From the NCBI GenBank assembly GCA_964590225.1, contig CAZPWS010000003.1, forward strand, positions 75,899-139,898: 64,000 nt of DNA, in the 5' to 3' direction. The stretch comes from an uncultured Fibrobacterota bacterium (lineage in GTDB: Bacteria > Fibrobacterota > OXYB2-FULL-49-7 > JAEUSG01). Positions 18,653 to 28,143 of this stretch are shown piece after piece; position 1 is the stretch's first letter, and the number at the start of each line of letters is the position of its first letter. The notes beneath the pieces are model-generated. The model was not told where the DNA came from. It saw only the letters and a program-made list of their open reading frames with translations, and made no database searches. The translations under genes were made by a program, and so were the position numbers.

Positions 18653-19501
18653 ATGAGCGATAGAGTAAAATTGCTGATTGTCATTTTTATCGCATTGTTT
18701 TTCTTTGCCGTAGGAGCGGTAATTTCTAAGGGGCTTTCGTTCGGTGAAGGCGGAAGCGTGGGTATTGTTGATATTGATGGTGTCATATATTCATCTGAGT
18801 CAGCTGTGGGCGAGATAAAATCGTTTGCGAAGGAAAGCAATATCAAAGCGCTTATACTACGAATAAATAGCCCCGGTGGTGCCGTTGCCCCTTCGCAGGA
18901 AATATACAGCGCAATTCTTGACTTCAAAAAGGGGGGGAAGCCTGTAATCGCCTCTCTTGGCACAGTTGCGGCTTCTGGAGGATATTATATTGCCGCTGCT
19001 GCCGATACTATAGTGGCAAATCAGGGTACGATAACAGGCAGTATTGGTGTAATATTTGAATTTCCGGATGCCTCCGCTCTTTTACGGAAGGTAGGAGTAA
19101 ATCTTGAAGTTGTTAAAAGCGGCAAATATAAAGATGCTGGCGCGCTTCACAGAAAAATTACTCCTGACGAGAGACTTTTATTTCAGGGAGTTATCGATGA
19201 TACTTGGGGACAGTTTGTTGAAGCTGTTGTTGTCAGTCGTGGACTGAGGCGTGATTCTGTATTGGCCATTGCAGATGGCAGGGTTATGACGGGAAGGCAG
19301 GCTTTAGGTTTGGGGCTTGTTGATATAATCGGTTCGTATGAGGATGCCAAGTGTATTGCAAAAGAGAGGGTCGGTCTGCCAGCTGACGCACCAGAGAAAA
19401 AGATAGAAAAACCTTTTGGAAAATGGCGGCGCATGTTCAGCAATCCGGAGGAGATTTTTAGATCACCAGGTTTTGGCTTAAGCTATCTTTTAAAATTGTA
19501 A
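18653..19501 (+). CDS. sppA: Signal peptide peptidase SppA (36K type)
   Basis: It has an N-terminal TM anchor and the ClpP/crotonase-fold motifs (INSPGGAV, ASLGTVAASGGYYIA, GSIGV). Length 282 aa. Confidence 0.85.
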   Translation: MSDRVKLLIVIFIALFFFAVGAVISKGLSFGEGGSVGIVDIDGVIYSSESAVGEIKSFAKESNIKALILRINSPGGAVAPSQEIYSAILDFKKGGKPVIASLGTVAASGGYYIAAAADTIVANQGTITGSIGVIFEFPDASALLRKVGVNLEVVKSGKYKDAGALHRKITPDERLLFQGVIDDTWGQFVEAVVVSRGLRRDSVLAIADGRVMTGRQALGLGLVDIIGSYEDAKCIAKERVGLPADAPEKKIEKPFGKWRRMFSNPEEIFRSPGFGLSYLLKL

Positions 19502-19547
19502 TATTCCATATTTGTATATTTAGTTTATGTTTAACAGGGAGTAAAAA

Positions 19548-19727
19548 ATGGATATTAGTCTTCTTATCACTGAAATTGAAACACTAAAGGTTGAGCTTGA
19601 GAAGTTTGAGCATGGGAACAAGGCAGCAGGAACAAGAGCGAGAAAATCGTGTCAGAACATCAAAAAAATTGCGCATGATATTCGTGGTAAAATTCAGGAA
19701 CAAAAGCTTCAGTCTATCCAAAATTAA
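19548..19727 (+). CDS. Histone H1-like (Hc1 family) small basic DNA-binding protein. It is absent from the supplied ORF track because it is under 60 aa.
   Basis: The 59-aa ORF is MDISLLITEIETLKVELEKFEHGNKAAGTRARKSCQNIKKIAHDIRGKIQEQKLQSIQN. Its GNKAAGTRARK core is the signature of bacterial histone-H1/Hc1-like proteins found in Bacteroidota and Chlamydiae. It is lysine/arginine rich and has its own intergenic promoter region. Confidence 0.65.
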   Translation: MDISLLITEIETLKVELEKFEHGNKAAGTRARKSCQNIKKIAHDIRGKIQEQKLQSIQN

Positions 19728-19733
19728 TTATAG

Positions 19734-20411
19734 TTGATTTTAAAAGCATATTTGATACTAAATAGGTACTACGGCGATCTTAAATGGTGGCCGGCTGATA
19801 CTCCTTTTGAGGTTATGATAGGCGCAGTACTTACCCAAAATACTGCATGGTCGAATGTTGAGTTGGCAATAAAAAAACTGAAAGCCGCGAAGGTGCTGTC
19901 GTTAAGTTCAATTAGAACTATGGATTCCACAGCTCTTGGTGAATTGATAAGATCTTCGGGTTTTTTTAGACAAAAAAGTGGAATAATTCAACGGCTCGTA
20001 GGTCTAATAGATTCGAGATACGGTGGATCTGTTAAGGGTATGGCAACTAAACCGTTTGGCTCCGTTAGAAGCGACCTTCTCGCAACAAAGGGAATCGGTC
20101 CGGAAACGGCTGATTCGATTTTGCTATACGCCTTAAATCAGCCGCTCTTTGTTGTTGATGCATATACAAGAAGAATTTTTGGTCGTCTGGGCTTACTTTC
20201 CGGTAGAGAGTCATATGAGGAGATCAGATCGCTTTTTGAGCGTAAAATTGAATCGAAGTTAGAGCGGGGGCAACTTGTTCCAAGATATAAACAGTACCAT
20301 GCACTTATTGTTCAGCTTGCTAAGGACCACTGCAAAAAAAACGCACCCAGTTGTTCCATTTGTCCCCTTGCTGTGTTAAAACGATGCAGCTATACTTTGT
20401 CACCATCTTAA
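19734..20411 (+). CDS. HhH-GPD superfamily base-excision DNA glycosylase (endonuclease III-like)
   Basis: Helix-hairpin-helix GPD region (ATKGIGPETADSILLYAL...VVDAYTRRIF) and a C-terminal Cys cluster (CKKNAPSCSICPL) consistent with a 4Fe-4S loop. Confidence 0.75.
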   Translation: MILKAYLILNRYYGDLKWWPADTPFEVMIGAVLTQNTAWSNVELAIKKLKAAKVLSLSSIRTMDSTALGELIRSSGFFRQKSGIIQRLVGLIDSRYGGSVKGMATKPFGSVRSDLLATKGIGPETADSILLYALNQPLFVVDAYTRRIFGRLGLLSGRESYEEIRSLFERKIESKLERGQLVPRYKQYHALIVQLAKDHCKKNAPSCSICPLAVLKRCSYTLSPS

Positions 20412-21184
20412 TAGCTTGTTCGTTATTTACTATAATCTACTTTTTTCTTTCTAATAAGAGATATGTTGCTGTTTATCGCCTTGTTACCACGCTTAACAAT
20501 AAGCTCCCACTAAAAAAGTATGCTCTCTCCTACGAAAACGATAGAAAAAATGGTGCAATCAGCGCGGCGTGGCCCGATTATAACGGATACTTTGCTATAA
20601 AAGAACTCTTGTTTGCTTTAGTATTCATTATACTGCTATTTGTTCTTGATAGCAGTATAACAATCGCCATTTTTGCGGGAATTACTGCTTCATTTCTACC
20701 GGACCTTAAACGAAGAGAAATGGTTGGCAGGCGGCGGGATTCCATCAAGGCTGAAATAGTCCCATTTATTGATATGCTAAGCATGATGATAGAATCCGGC
20801 GTTTCGTTGCTCATGGCGCTAAAGCGGTATGTGGAATACTCTTCCAAAACAGTTTTGTCTGGTGAAGTTGCCATGTTATCGGTTGATCTCGAAGCGGGAT
20901 TAACAAAAAAAGAAGCATTTGCCAGCTTCAGTAGAAGGCTTTCATCAGAAGAAATTACGGAGTGGGTTTCAACAATTCTTCACGCAGAAAAAACTGGAAG
21001 TCCCGTTGCGCTTGCAATGAGACAGCTTTCCGGCAGACTACGAACCGAAAGGATCCAAAAGGCAGAAAAGGCCGCATATGAGGCGCCAGTGAAACTGCTC
21101 GGCCCGCTTGCACTCTTTATATTTCCAGTAATTTTCATTGTTTTGCTTGGTCCGATCATATTGAGGTTTGTTTATGGTGAATAG
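20351..21184 (+). CDS. Type II secretion system F-family / TadB-TadC-like inner-membrane protein
   Basis: The C-terminal region (IVPFIDMLSMMIESGVSLLMAL...TGSPVALAMRQLSGRLRTERIQKAEKAAYEAPVKLLGPLALFIFP) matches the T2SSF/TadC domain pattern. The start is uncertain because the ORF overlaps the upstream gene by 61 nt. Confidence 0.7.
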   Translation: MFHLSPCCVKTMQLYFVTILIACSLFTIIYFFLSNKRYVAVYRLVTTLNNKLPLKKYALSYENDRKNGAISAAWPDYNGYFAIKELLFALVFIILLFVLDSSITIAIFAGITASFLPDLKRREMVGRRRDSIKAEIVPFIDMLSMMIESGVSLLMALKRYVEYSSKTVLSGEVAMLSVDLEAGLTKKEAFASFSRRLSSEEITEWVSTILHAEKTGSPVALAMRQLSGRLRTERIQKAEKAAYEAPVKLLGPLALFIFPVIFIVLLGPIILRFVYGE

Positions 21185-21950
21185 CAATAGGGTTATTATT
21201 GATCTATCAATATTATCAGAAAAAACACTTATCGGCAGGCCAACAGCAGACAATACACCTGAAATAATTATTCCAGACCCCCGCGCCTCCCGCAAACATG
21301 CTGCGATAGTTAAAAAGGGAAAAAGCTTTTATCTCGAAAAGCGAGATGGAACAGAAGTTATTGTTAATGGCAGGGCAATCGATTCTATTTTACTGTTAAA
21401 ACAGGGCGATATTATTCAGATATTTGGAACAGAGATATTTTTATCTGTTAAACAGAATCGAAAAAGTACCCTATTGATTGTGTGTGTTGCTTTTCTGGCA
21501 GCCATCGTTATAATTCTGTTCTTAAAGGGATGGCCTACATACATTAAGTACTCGAATTACCCTAATAACCAACCTGCTGCTAAAATTGTCAGCAATGAGA
21601 TGGTGGCTGCCGAGTCTGTGAAAGCTGTTTTTCGAACAGTAGATTTTATTTATAAATCGCGAAGAAATTTCCCCGAAGCATTTGATATGTCGCTTAGTCA
21701 TCTTGATGGTTTATTATCTGTTAAAGGCTTTCCCGATTCGGTATATAACAGTATCAAAATAAAAAAAGAAAGTATAATGGCAGAAAGAGACTCCTTATTG
21801 CGAGATATCTATTCAATATGCGCAATTCTAATTCGAATCGGTAAGCAAAAGGAGGCGGTAAAAGTAGCGGAGGAGGGACTCCGCCTAACGAATGACATTT
21901 GCAATACCAATAGACAAAAGCTGCTGCGGATAGCTGAATATAAGAGATGA
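21168..21950 (+). CDS. FHA-domain protein with a C-terminal TM helix
   Basis: FHA core is GRPTADNTPEIIIPDPRASRKHAAIVKKGKSFYLEKRDGTEVIVNGR. A hydrophobic helix (LLIVCVAFLAAIVIILFL) follows, then a helical C-terminal region. It overlaps the neighbouring genes at both ends. Confidence 0.8.
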   Translation: MFMVNSNRVIIDLSILSEKTLIGRPTADNTPEIIIPDPRASRKHAAIVKKGKSFYLEKRDGTEVIVNGRAIDSILLLKQGDIIQIFGTEIFLSVKQNRKSTLLIVCVAFLAAIVIILFLKGWPTYIKYSNYPNNQPAAKIVSNEMVAAESVKAVFRTVDFIYKSRRNFPEAFDMSLSHLDGLLSVKGFPDSVYNSIKIKKESIMAERDSLLRDIYSICAILIRIGKQKEAVKVAEEGLRLTNDICNTNRQKLLRIAEYKR

Positions 21951-23437
21951 ACAACACACAAAAAACACAATTTATAGGCCATGAAGTACAAAATGAGAGT
22001 GTACTGACAAAAGTATATACTTCATTGGAATGTGAAGACCCAATGGAGGCCACGGTCGGTGATCTTTTTGGCCGATGTAAAATCGAAAGGTTTATAGGAG
22101 TAGGAGGGGCAGGTGCTGTATATCTGGCCACACATGTAGATCTTGGTGTGAAAAGGGCTATCAAGGTTCTTCGTCGTGATGTTTTAATGGATCCGAGAAT
22201 GAAGAACAGATTTTTAAAGGAGGCTAAACTTTCCGCCTCTTTTAACCATCAGAACATAGTTCAGGTTCATCACGCTGGTGAAGATAATGGGCGGTTTTTT
22301 ATTGAAATGGAATTTGTCGATGGTATCTCTCTTCGAAAACTTATGAAGGAGAGGGGAAGAATACCATTTCCGATTGCTCTTGTTATTGCCGAACAGGTTG
22401 CGCATGCGCTCCATCATATTCATGTCAACGGTGGAGCCGTACATCGTGATGTAAAACCGGAAAATATTCTTGTACGGAATGATGGAGTTGTTAAGCTTGC
22501 AGATTTTGGAATAGCAAGAGTAGATGGGAGTACTGGTGAGACGGCAACGGGAACAATTGTAGGAACCTGCGGATATATGTCACTCGAACAGATTGATGGA
22601 AAACCTCTTGATGGACGAACCGATATTTACGCGCTTACTGTAGTTATTTATGAAATGATAGCTGGCGCCGCCCCCTATAATGGTGATACCCTGACAGCCG
22701 TTATCCGCTCGATTATTGCTGCGAACCATTTACCCCTTAATAAGCTGGTTGCTGCGCTCCCTTCTGAACTTCTGGCGCTCGTATCGGCGGGATTAAAACC
22801 AAAAGCTGAAAGCAGACCACAAAGCGCCAAGAAGTACATCAAAAATATAAACCGTATTATGGATAGCACCGGTTATGACAATGCCGATTTTGAAGAACTT
22901 CTTTCGACATGGCTTAATAAAACTATAGAAATAACTGTCAAAACAAAAAAAAAGCGATGGATTTTCAAGATAATTCTTGCAATATTTCCCGCAGCTCTTT
23001 TGTGCGGACTCTACTACTACATAAATATCAAATCTTTTGATACCATAAAAGAAATTGCGGTTATTCCTCCAATAGTGGTTGATACGGTAACAAGTGTGGC
23101 ACCACCCACAGTTGAGATGATGCCCGATACTGTTGTCAATAAGACCATTAGCGAAGTTGTTCGTGACAGCATCCCTAAGAGTAAAGTATCAAAACCAGTA
23201 ACTGTACGAGAAAAGGATATCGTTATGGAGCTTGTTGCACAGGAACCGCCATCAGTTATTATACCGCACATCGATGAGTTTGACAGGATTGTTAAACTTG
23301 AAGAGATAGGTAGCGCGTCACACGATCTTGCAAATGAGTGGAAGGGTTATATCAAGACATTTAGTAAGGATACCGCAGCGGCTGAGATAGTAAAAATGGC
23401 AAAAACAAAACTGCTCGCATGTCTTAAGAAGCAATAG
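21947..23437 (+). CDS. Serine/threonine protein kinase (Hanks type) with a TM helix and an extracytoplasmic C-terminal region
   Basis: Kinase subdomains are present: GxGxxG (IGVGGAGAV), VAIK-like K, HRDVKPENIL, DFGIA and a GT..Y..PE-like region. A TM segment (ILAIFPAALLCGLYYYI) follows the kinase domain. Confidence 0.9.
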   Translation: MNNTQKTQFIGHEVQNESVLTKVYTSLECEDPMEATVGDLFGRCKIERFIGVGGAGAVYLATHVDLGVKRAIKVLRRDVLMDPRMKNRFLKEAKLSASFNHQNIVQVHHAGEDNGRFFIEMEFVDGISLRKLMKERGRIPFPIALVIAEQVAHALHHIHVNGGAVHRDVKPENILVRNDGVVKLADFGIARVDGSTGETATGTIVGTCGYMSLEQIDGKPLDGRTDIYALTVVIYEMIAGAAPYNGDTLTAVIRSIIAANHLPLNKLVAALPSELLALVSAGLKPKAESRPQSAKKYIKNINRIMDSTGYDNADFEELLSTWLNKTIEITVKTKKKRWIFKIILAIFPAALLCGLYYYINIKSFDTIKEIAVIPPIVVDTVTSVAPPTVEMMPDTVVNKTISEVVRDSIPKSKVSKPVTVREKDIVMELVAQEPPSVIIPHIDEFDRIVKLEEIGSASHDLANEWKGYIKTFSKDTAAAEIVKMAKTKLLACLKKQ

Positions 23438-23509
23438 GAAACTTAATTTACTGTATATTTTTGGGCGAAACTTGCCCTTTAGCTCTCCCTCTTCCTATTT
23501 TTAGTCATT

Positions 23510-24385
23510 ATGAAACAAATTATAACATCGATTCTGCCTGATGCACTTGTTCAGGCAATGCAGCGGTTAAGTCTTGCGAGAAAATTAAGACACAGATATT
23601 CCGTACTGCCATTTACTATTGATGATTTACCACAGGCTACCAACCGTTCAGGGTATGCCAGTGGCACAGCAAAAATGAGCATGCCATATCTCAAAACGAT
23701 GGAAAAACTTCGTTCTTACCATGCAGCAGGTCCGATAGGACCAAACAAATTTTGGGAGTATCCATGGATACTGTCAAATCTCCATCTTGAACCCCATTTA
23801 ACAATTTTAGATGCTGGTTGTGGGAGAGCACCATTGCAGTATTTTCTCGCTGAGATGAGTATGAAGATGCATGGAATCGACCCAAAAGAAAATGTGGGTT
23901 GGCATGGCATCGATCGCCGCCTGGCTCGTAAATATGGCGTCAATATTGACTACCGTATTGAAGGGATGGAGAAAATCAGCTATCCGTCTGAATATTTTGA
24001 CAGGGTAATTTCCGTTTCTGTTATTGAGCATTGCAGAGCAAGGCATATCAAGAACGATCTTCAAACACCACAGGACAAAGCCGACAAAAAACTTCAGGCG
24101 CGAATGATTAAGGAGATGGCTCGTGTCCTTAAGCCTAATGGACTTTTAATAATAACGGTTGATGTCATTTATCCGGTGAATGGTGCCATTTTAGAAGCTA
24201 ATGTTGACATGATGAATCTGATCGATTCGTCCGGGCTTGAACTTGTTGGTGATAAGCCGAAATATGGTTTTTATGGATATGATGATTTTGATATGCAGGC
24301 TCTAATGCGTGATAAAGATGTTGATGTGCAGGATTATTCAAGCGTAAAGGGAACTTCGCTGGGTATTATCCTTAGGAAACCATAG
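23510..24385 (+). CDS. Class I SAM-dependent methyltransferase
   Basis: Motif I ILDAGCGRAPL, and motif post-I/II region. The size and pattern fit the Methyltransf_11/23 type. Confidence 0.75.
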   Translation: MKQIITSILPDALVQAMQRLSLARKLRHRYSVLPFTIDDLPQATNRSGYASGTAKMSMPYLKTMEKLRSYHAAGPIGPNKFWEYPWILSNLHLEPHLTILDAGCGRAPLQYFLAEMSMKMHGIDPKENVGWHGIDRRLARKYGVNIDYRIEGMEKISYPSEYFDRVISVSVIEHCRARHIKNDLQTPQDKADKKLQARMIKEMARVLKPNGLLIITVDVIYPVNGAILEANVDMMNLIDSSGLELVGDKPKYGFYGYDDFDMQALMRDKDVDVQDYSSVKGTSLGIILRKP

Positions 24386-25035
24386 TGACAGAAAAACTTG
24401 ATTATGAGGAGTGTGGCTTAATTAGTTTCTCCTCGTTCTTTATTACTCTGCGAAGAGTAATCTTCCGGCCAACAGCGGCCTTTGCCGGGCTTGTACAAGA
24501 ACGATCTACACTCAATTCTATCTTCTTTCTTGTTATTGGAGGGGTAATTGGTTCCCTTTCCAGCGGATTATGGCAGTATTATCTGCACAGAAGTTCGCTT
24601 TCACAGAGCTCTACTGAAATGCTGGTTTACACATCCTCGATTAAGGGGCTTACCGCTCTTATGTTTATGACTCCGCTAATATTAATTTGCTGTGTGTTTG
24701 TTGTGGCTGGAGTGGCCCATCTATTTTTACGGTTTACCGGCAAAACAAAGCCTTTTCAAGTTACTCTAAAGGTTTTTGCCTATTCTTGGGGGGCGACATC
24801 TCCAATGAATGCGGTGCCCATTTTTGGTACTTTTGCGGCAATAGTATGGGGGCTTGTTTGTATAGTTAAGGGTCTTTCGGTTGCTCACGATTCAGCGCAG
24901 GGGCGTGCATTTCTCGCAATTACAGCCCCAGTTGTTTTGCTTGTTGGTATCATGCTCTTGTTTGTTGTAGTTTTGGCAGGTTTTGGCCTTTTTACTTTCA
25001 TTAACGGAAGTCCTTTTTTGAATAATTTGTTTTAA
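24385..25035 (+). CDS. Yip1-domain-like integral membrane protein
   Basis: It has five predicted TM helices, and its organisation resembles the Yip1/DUF1282 family. The overlapping stop/start with the upstream gene (ATGA) is clear. Confidence 0.5.
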   Translation: MTEKLDYEECGLISFSSFFITLRRVIFRPTAAFAGLVQERSTLNSIFFLVIGGVIGSLSSGLWQYYLHRSSLSQSSTEMLVYTSSIKGLTALMFMTPLILICCVFVVAGVAHLFLRFTGKTKPFQVTLKVFAYSWGATSPMNAVPIFGTFAAIVWGLVCIVKGLSVAHDSAQGRAFLAITAPVVLLVGIMLLFVVVLAGFGLFTFINGSPFLNNLF

Positions 25036-25041
25036 TATGTA

Positions 25042-25710
25042 GTGAAGGGGAAAAATATGGACGATATTCCTATATATCGAATAGTTAAAAAAGATGAGCT
25101 GCCTCCTATCGATAATATTACGGCCGACTATTTTAATTGTGCGGACAAGGTTTCTCTGGTTGATACTGTTACTGCGGGAATAGCCGCGCAAAAGACGACC
25201 GTTTCATTAATCTACGATAATTTATTTCTATATGCCTTATACGAATGTGAAGAAAACCTTCCGCTTGCTGTATATAGAAACCACGACGATCCTTTATACG
25301 AAGAAAATGTTGTTGAAGTTTTTATTGATACAATTGGCAACGGTAGCGTTTATTCCGAATTTCAGGTCAATCCACTCAATGCAAGGTTCGATGCCATTAT
25401 TATTAATGATTTTGGGACAAATGGAGCAAGAAGAGGGAAGCGATATCAGGCATTTACCGAGTGGAATCCCTCTTCGTTTGATTCAAGAAGTTTTGTAAGT
25501 AACAACCAGTGGCGCGTTGTGCTAAAGATTGGCTTTGCCGATCTTTTTTTAGGCAGGGGAAATGTGACCGCTCCAGAAATGGGAGAAAAGTGGCGTATTA
25601 ATTTACTGCGTGTTGATTTTGATGGAGATAGTCAGAAATACTATTCATGGTCGCCGAACTTTGTACCAGATTTCCACTGTACGAACCGCTTTGGCATACT
25701 TCAGTTTTAA
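25042..25710 (+). CDS. Hypothetical protein, CBM9-like/DOMON-like carbohydrate-binding fold
   Basis: Its sequence pattern (EVFIDTIGNGSVYSEFQVNPLN...WRVVLKIGF...WRINLLRVDFDG...YYSWSP) resembles carbohydrate-binding family 9-like domains. No signal peptide is evident. Confidence 0.45.
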   Translation: MKGKNMDDIPIYRIVKKDELPPIDNITADYFNCADKVSLVDTVTAGIAAQKTTVSLIYDNLFLYALYECEENLPLAVYRNHDDPLYEENVVEVFIDTIGNGSVYSEFQVNPLNARFDAIIINDFGTNGARRGKRYQAFTEWNPSSFDSRSFVSNNQWRVVLKIGFADLFLGRGNVTAPEMGEKWRINLLRVDFDGDSQKYYSWSPNFVPDFHCTNRFGILQF

Positions 25711-25721
25711 AAAATCTTAGC

Positions 25722-26411
25722 CTACAAGCCTTCCATATTATGCGTTCGTTCCGGATGGTTTGTGGTATGGTGATGCCTGATATCTTTCGCTTTCATATAA
25801 AAAACAACATCTTCCGCAACATTTGTAGATAAGTCGCCTATTTTTTCAAGACATCTTGTGATAAAAAGCAAGCTTATACCACGCTTGATATTCTTGGGAT
25901 CTTCTTTCATAATAGATACTATTTGACTCATGTATTCTACTTCAAGCTTATCCATCCGTTCCTCAAGAAGCAATACATCCTCAGCAAAAACGGTGTTGTT
26001 ATTAACAAGAGCATCAACTGTCCTGTGAACCATGTCTTTCGCGAGATTTGTCATTGAAACAAGATCAACGGCAAGTCTCGGACGCGATATTAGATAAAGT
26101 GAGTGGCGTGCAATACTGACTGCCTGATCTGCAATTCTTTCAAAATCATTGTTGATTTTTACAACTGAGGTTATAAAACGCAAATCTGACGCGATTGGTT
26201 GGAGTTTAGCGAAAAGTCTTACACATAGGTCATCGTTTTCTATTTCCATTTTATCAATATCGTTGTCTCTTAATATAACTGAGTTGGCAAGTTGTTCATC
26301 ATATTTCAATAAGGCATCGATTGATCGATAAACCTGTTGTTCCACCTCTGTCCCCATCGTTATTATATGACGGCGGAGATTTTCGTACTCTGTATCAAAA
26401 AAATGCTTCAT
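25722..26411 (-). CDS. phoU: Phosphate signalling complex protein PhoU
   Basis: It is a two-repeat PhoU-domain protein (paired ...NNDFERIADQA... / ...EKIGDLSTNVAEDV... motifs). It sits immediately downstream of pstB. Confidence 0.9.
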   Translation of the reverse strand: MKHFFDTEYENLRRHIITMGTEVEQQVYRSIDALLKYDEQLANSVILRDNDIDKMEIENDDLCVRLFAKLQPIASDLRFITSVVKINNDFERIADQAVSIARHSLYLISRPRLAVDLVSMTNLAKDMVHRTVDALVNNNTVFAEDVLLLEERMDKLEVEYMSQIVSIMKEDPKNIKRGISLLFITRCLEKIGDLSTNVAEDVVFYMKAKDIRHHHTTNHPERTHNMEGL

Positions 26412-26442
26412 TTATTTCCTCGTTTGTTTACATTAAACTTAA

Positions 26443-27222
26443 TTATCCAAACCGTCCGGTAATGTATTCTTCGGTTGTCTTGTTGGATGGATCGGTAAAT
26501 ATTTTATTCGTTTCTCCCATCTCAATAAGTTTTCCAAGAAGGAAAAAAGCCGTAAAGTCTGAAACACGCGCTGCCTGCTGCATATTATGAGTTACTATTA
26601 TTATAGTATATCTCTCCTTAAGCTGCGCTATTAGATCTTCAATCTTGGATGTTGAAATGGGATCCAGCGCCGATGCCGGTTCATCCATGAGAATAATATC
26701 AGGATCTACTGCCAGTGTTCTGGCAATGCATAGTCGCTGCTGCTGGCCACCAGAAAGTCCCATTGCTGAGTCGCCAAGACGATCCTTGACCTCATCCCAC
26801 AGCGCTGCCTGACCAAGAGAGCGTTCAACAATCTTATCCAAATCTCTTTTTTTCGTTACACCATTTATTCGGGGACCATAGGCAATATTGTCGTAAATTG
26901 ATTTAGGAAACGGATTTGATTTCTGGAAGACCATACCGATTTTTTTTCTAAGTTCGACAACATCAACATCCGGATCAAAAATATTGTGACCATCTATGGT
27001 TATTCTTCCTTCGTGGCGAGCGCTTTTGACGAGATCGCACATTCTGTTTAGGCAGCGTAAGAATGTAGTTTTACCACAGCCGGAAGGGCCGATAAAAGCG
27101 GTAACTTTGTTAGCCTTTATTTCCATATCGATATCGTGCAGAATTTTTTTTTCGCCATACCAGAAGTTCATTTTTTCCGCAACAACGGATTTTTCGGTCA
27201 TTTTATTTTCTCCTGTATCCAT
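26443..27222 (-). CDS. pstB: Phosphate ABC transporter ATP-binding protein PstB
   Basis: Walker [13 protein letters not shown] signature LSGGQQQRL, Walker B ILMDEP, and the PstB-specific N-terminal region. Confidence 0.95.
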   Translation of the reverse strand: MDTGENKMTEKSVVAEKMNFWYGEKKILHDIDMEIKANKVTAFIGPSGCGKTTFLRCLNRMCDLVKSARHEGRITIDGHNIFDPDVDVVELRKKIGMVFQKSNPFPKSIYDNIAYGPRINGVTKKRDLDKIVERSLGQAALWDEVKDRLGDSAMGLSGGQQQRLCIARTLAVDPDIILMDEPASALDPISTSKIEDLIAQLKERYTIIIVTHNMQQAARVSDFTAFFLLGKLIEMGETNKIFTDPSNKTTEEYITGRFG

Positions 27223-27232
27223 TAATAGATAA

Positions 27233-28141
27233 TCAATGAGCTGCAGCCTTTCGCCGTAATCTAAACCTCAGGAATATCGCAGCCAGATTAAGGCCAAAAG
27301 TAAGACAAAGAAGCGCGAGTGTTGTAGCATATTGGATTGGCAAGGTGGCATCAACATCCGGCGACTGTGTTGACATTATGTATATATGATAGCCCATATC
27401 CATAAACTGGTCAGTAAGAGAGGCAGGGAGATTTGGAAGAAAGTATGCTGCCCCCGTAAAAAGGATAGGAGCAACTTCACCGGCACCGCGACTTACAGCG
27501 AGTACAGCCCCTGTGAGGATACCTGTCATTGAATTTGGCAATACAATTTTCCATACTGTTTCTAATTTTGTAGCACCGAGAGCAAGACTTGCTTCTCGTA
27601 AATCATTAGGGACATTTCTAATAGCTTCTTCGACAGAAACTATTACCACCGGCAGGGTGAGAACAGCCATTGTTAGGCTCGCCCATAAAATATTTGGCTG
27701 AGACCATCTGCTGACACCTTCAGCTTCAAGGAGTTTATCCATGTTGGGGCCTATAAATTGTATAAAAAAGCCAAGTCCAAACAGGCCGAATACAATCGAT
27801 GGAATTCCCGCCAGTGTATTTACCGCGAATCTTATTGTTCGTCTAAAAAAAGAGTCAGGCGCTACATATTCACACAAAAAAAGTGCAGTAATTGTGCCGA
27901 TTGGAACCCCTATTATTGACATCAAAATGACTCTGTAAAATGTCCCCATGATTGCAGGGAAAATCCCTCCCTGCATCATGCCTTCCTCTGGAACGGCAGT
28001 TAAAAATTTCCAACTAAATTGCCCCCATCCATTATAGAATATTATTCCGATTACAACTAGCATCACCACGATGATTAAGCCAACCGATGCTGCTGCAATT
28101 GTTGGAACGGCGTTGTTAAGTATGGTTTTGTTGTTGGCCAT
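27233..28141 (-). CDS. pstA: Phosphate ABC transporter permease PstA
   Basis: Six TM helices with a BPD-transporter EAA-like loop ([20 protein letters not shown]), in the conserved pstSCAB gene order. Confidence 0.9.
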   Translation of the reverse strand: MANNKTILNNAVPTIAAASVGLIIVVMLVVIGIIFYNGWGQFSWKFLTAVPEEGMMQGGIFPAIMGTFYRVILMSIIGVPIGTITALFLCEYVAPDSFFRRTIRFAVNTLAGIPSIVFGLFGLGFFIQFIGPNMDKLLEAEGVSRWSQPNILWASLTMAVLTLPVVIVSVEEAIRNVPNDLREASLALGATKLETVWKIVLPNSMTGILTGAVLAVSRGAGEVAPILFTGAAYFLPNLPASLTDQFMDMGYHIYIMSTQSPDVDATLPIQYATTLALLCLTFGLNLAAIFLRFRLRRKAAAH

Positions 28142-28143
28142 TT

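Noticed and set aside
23481-23497. TGGGCG...TTGCC motif with a small GGGC/GCCC hairpin upstream of the methyltransferase gene
   Set aside because: The spacing between the GG and GC dinucleotides is 9, not the 10 that sigma-54 requires. The 4-bp hairpin is too short to call a terminator.
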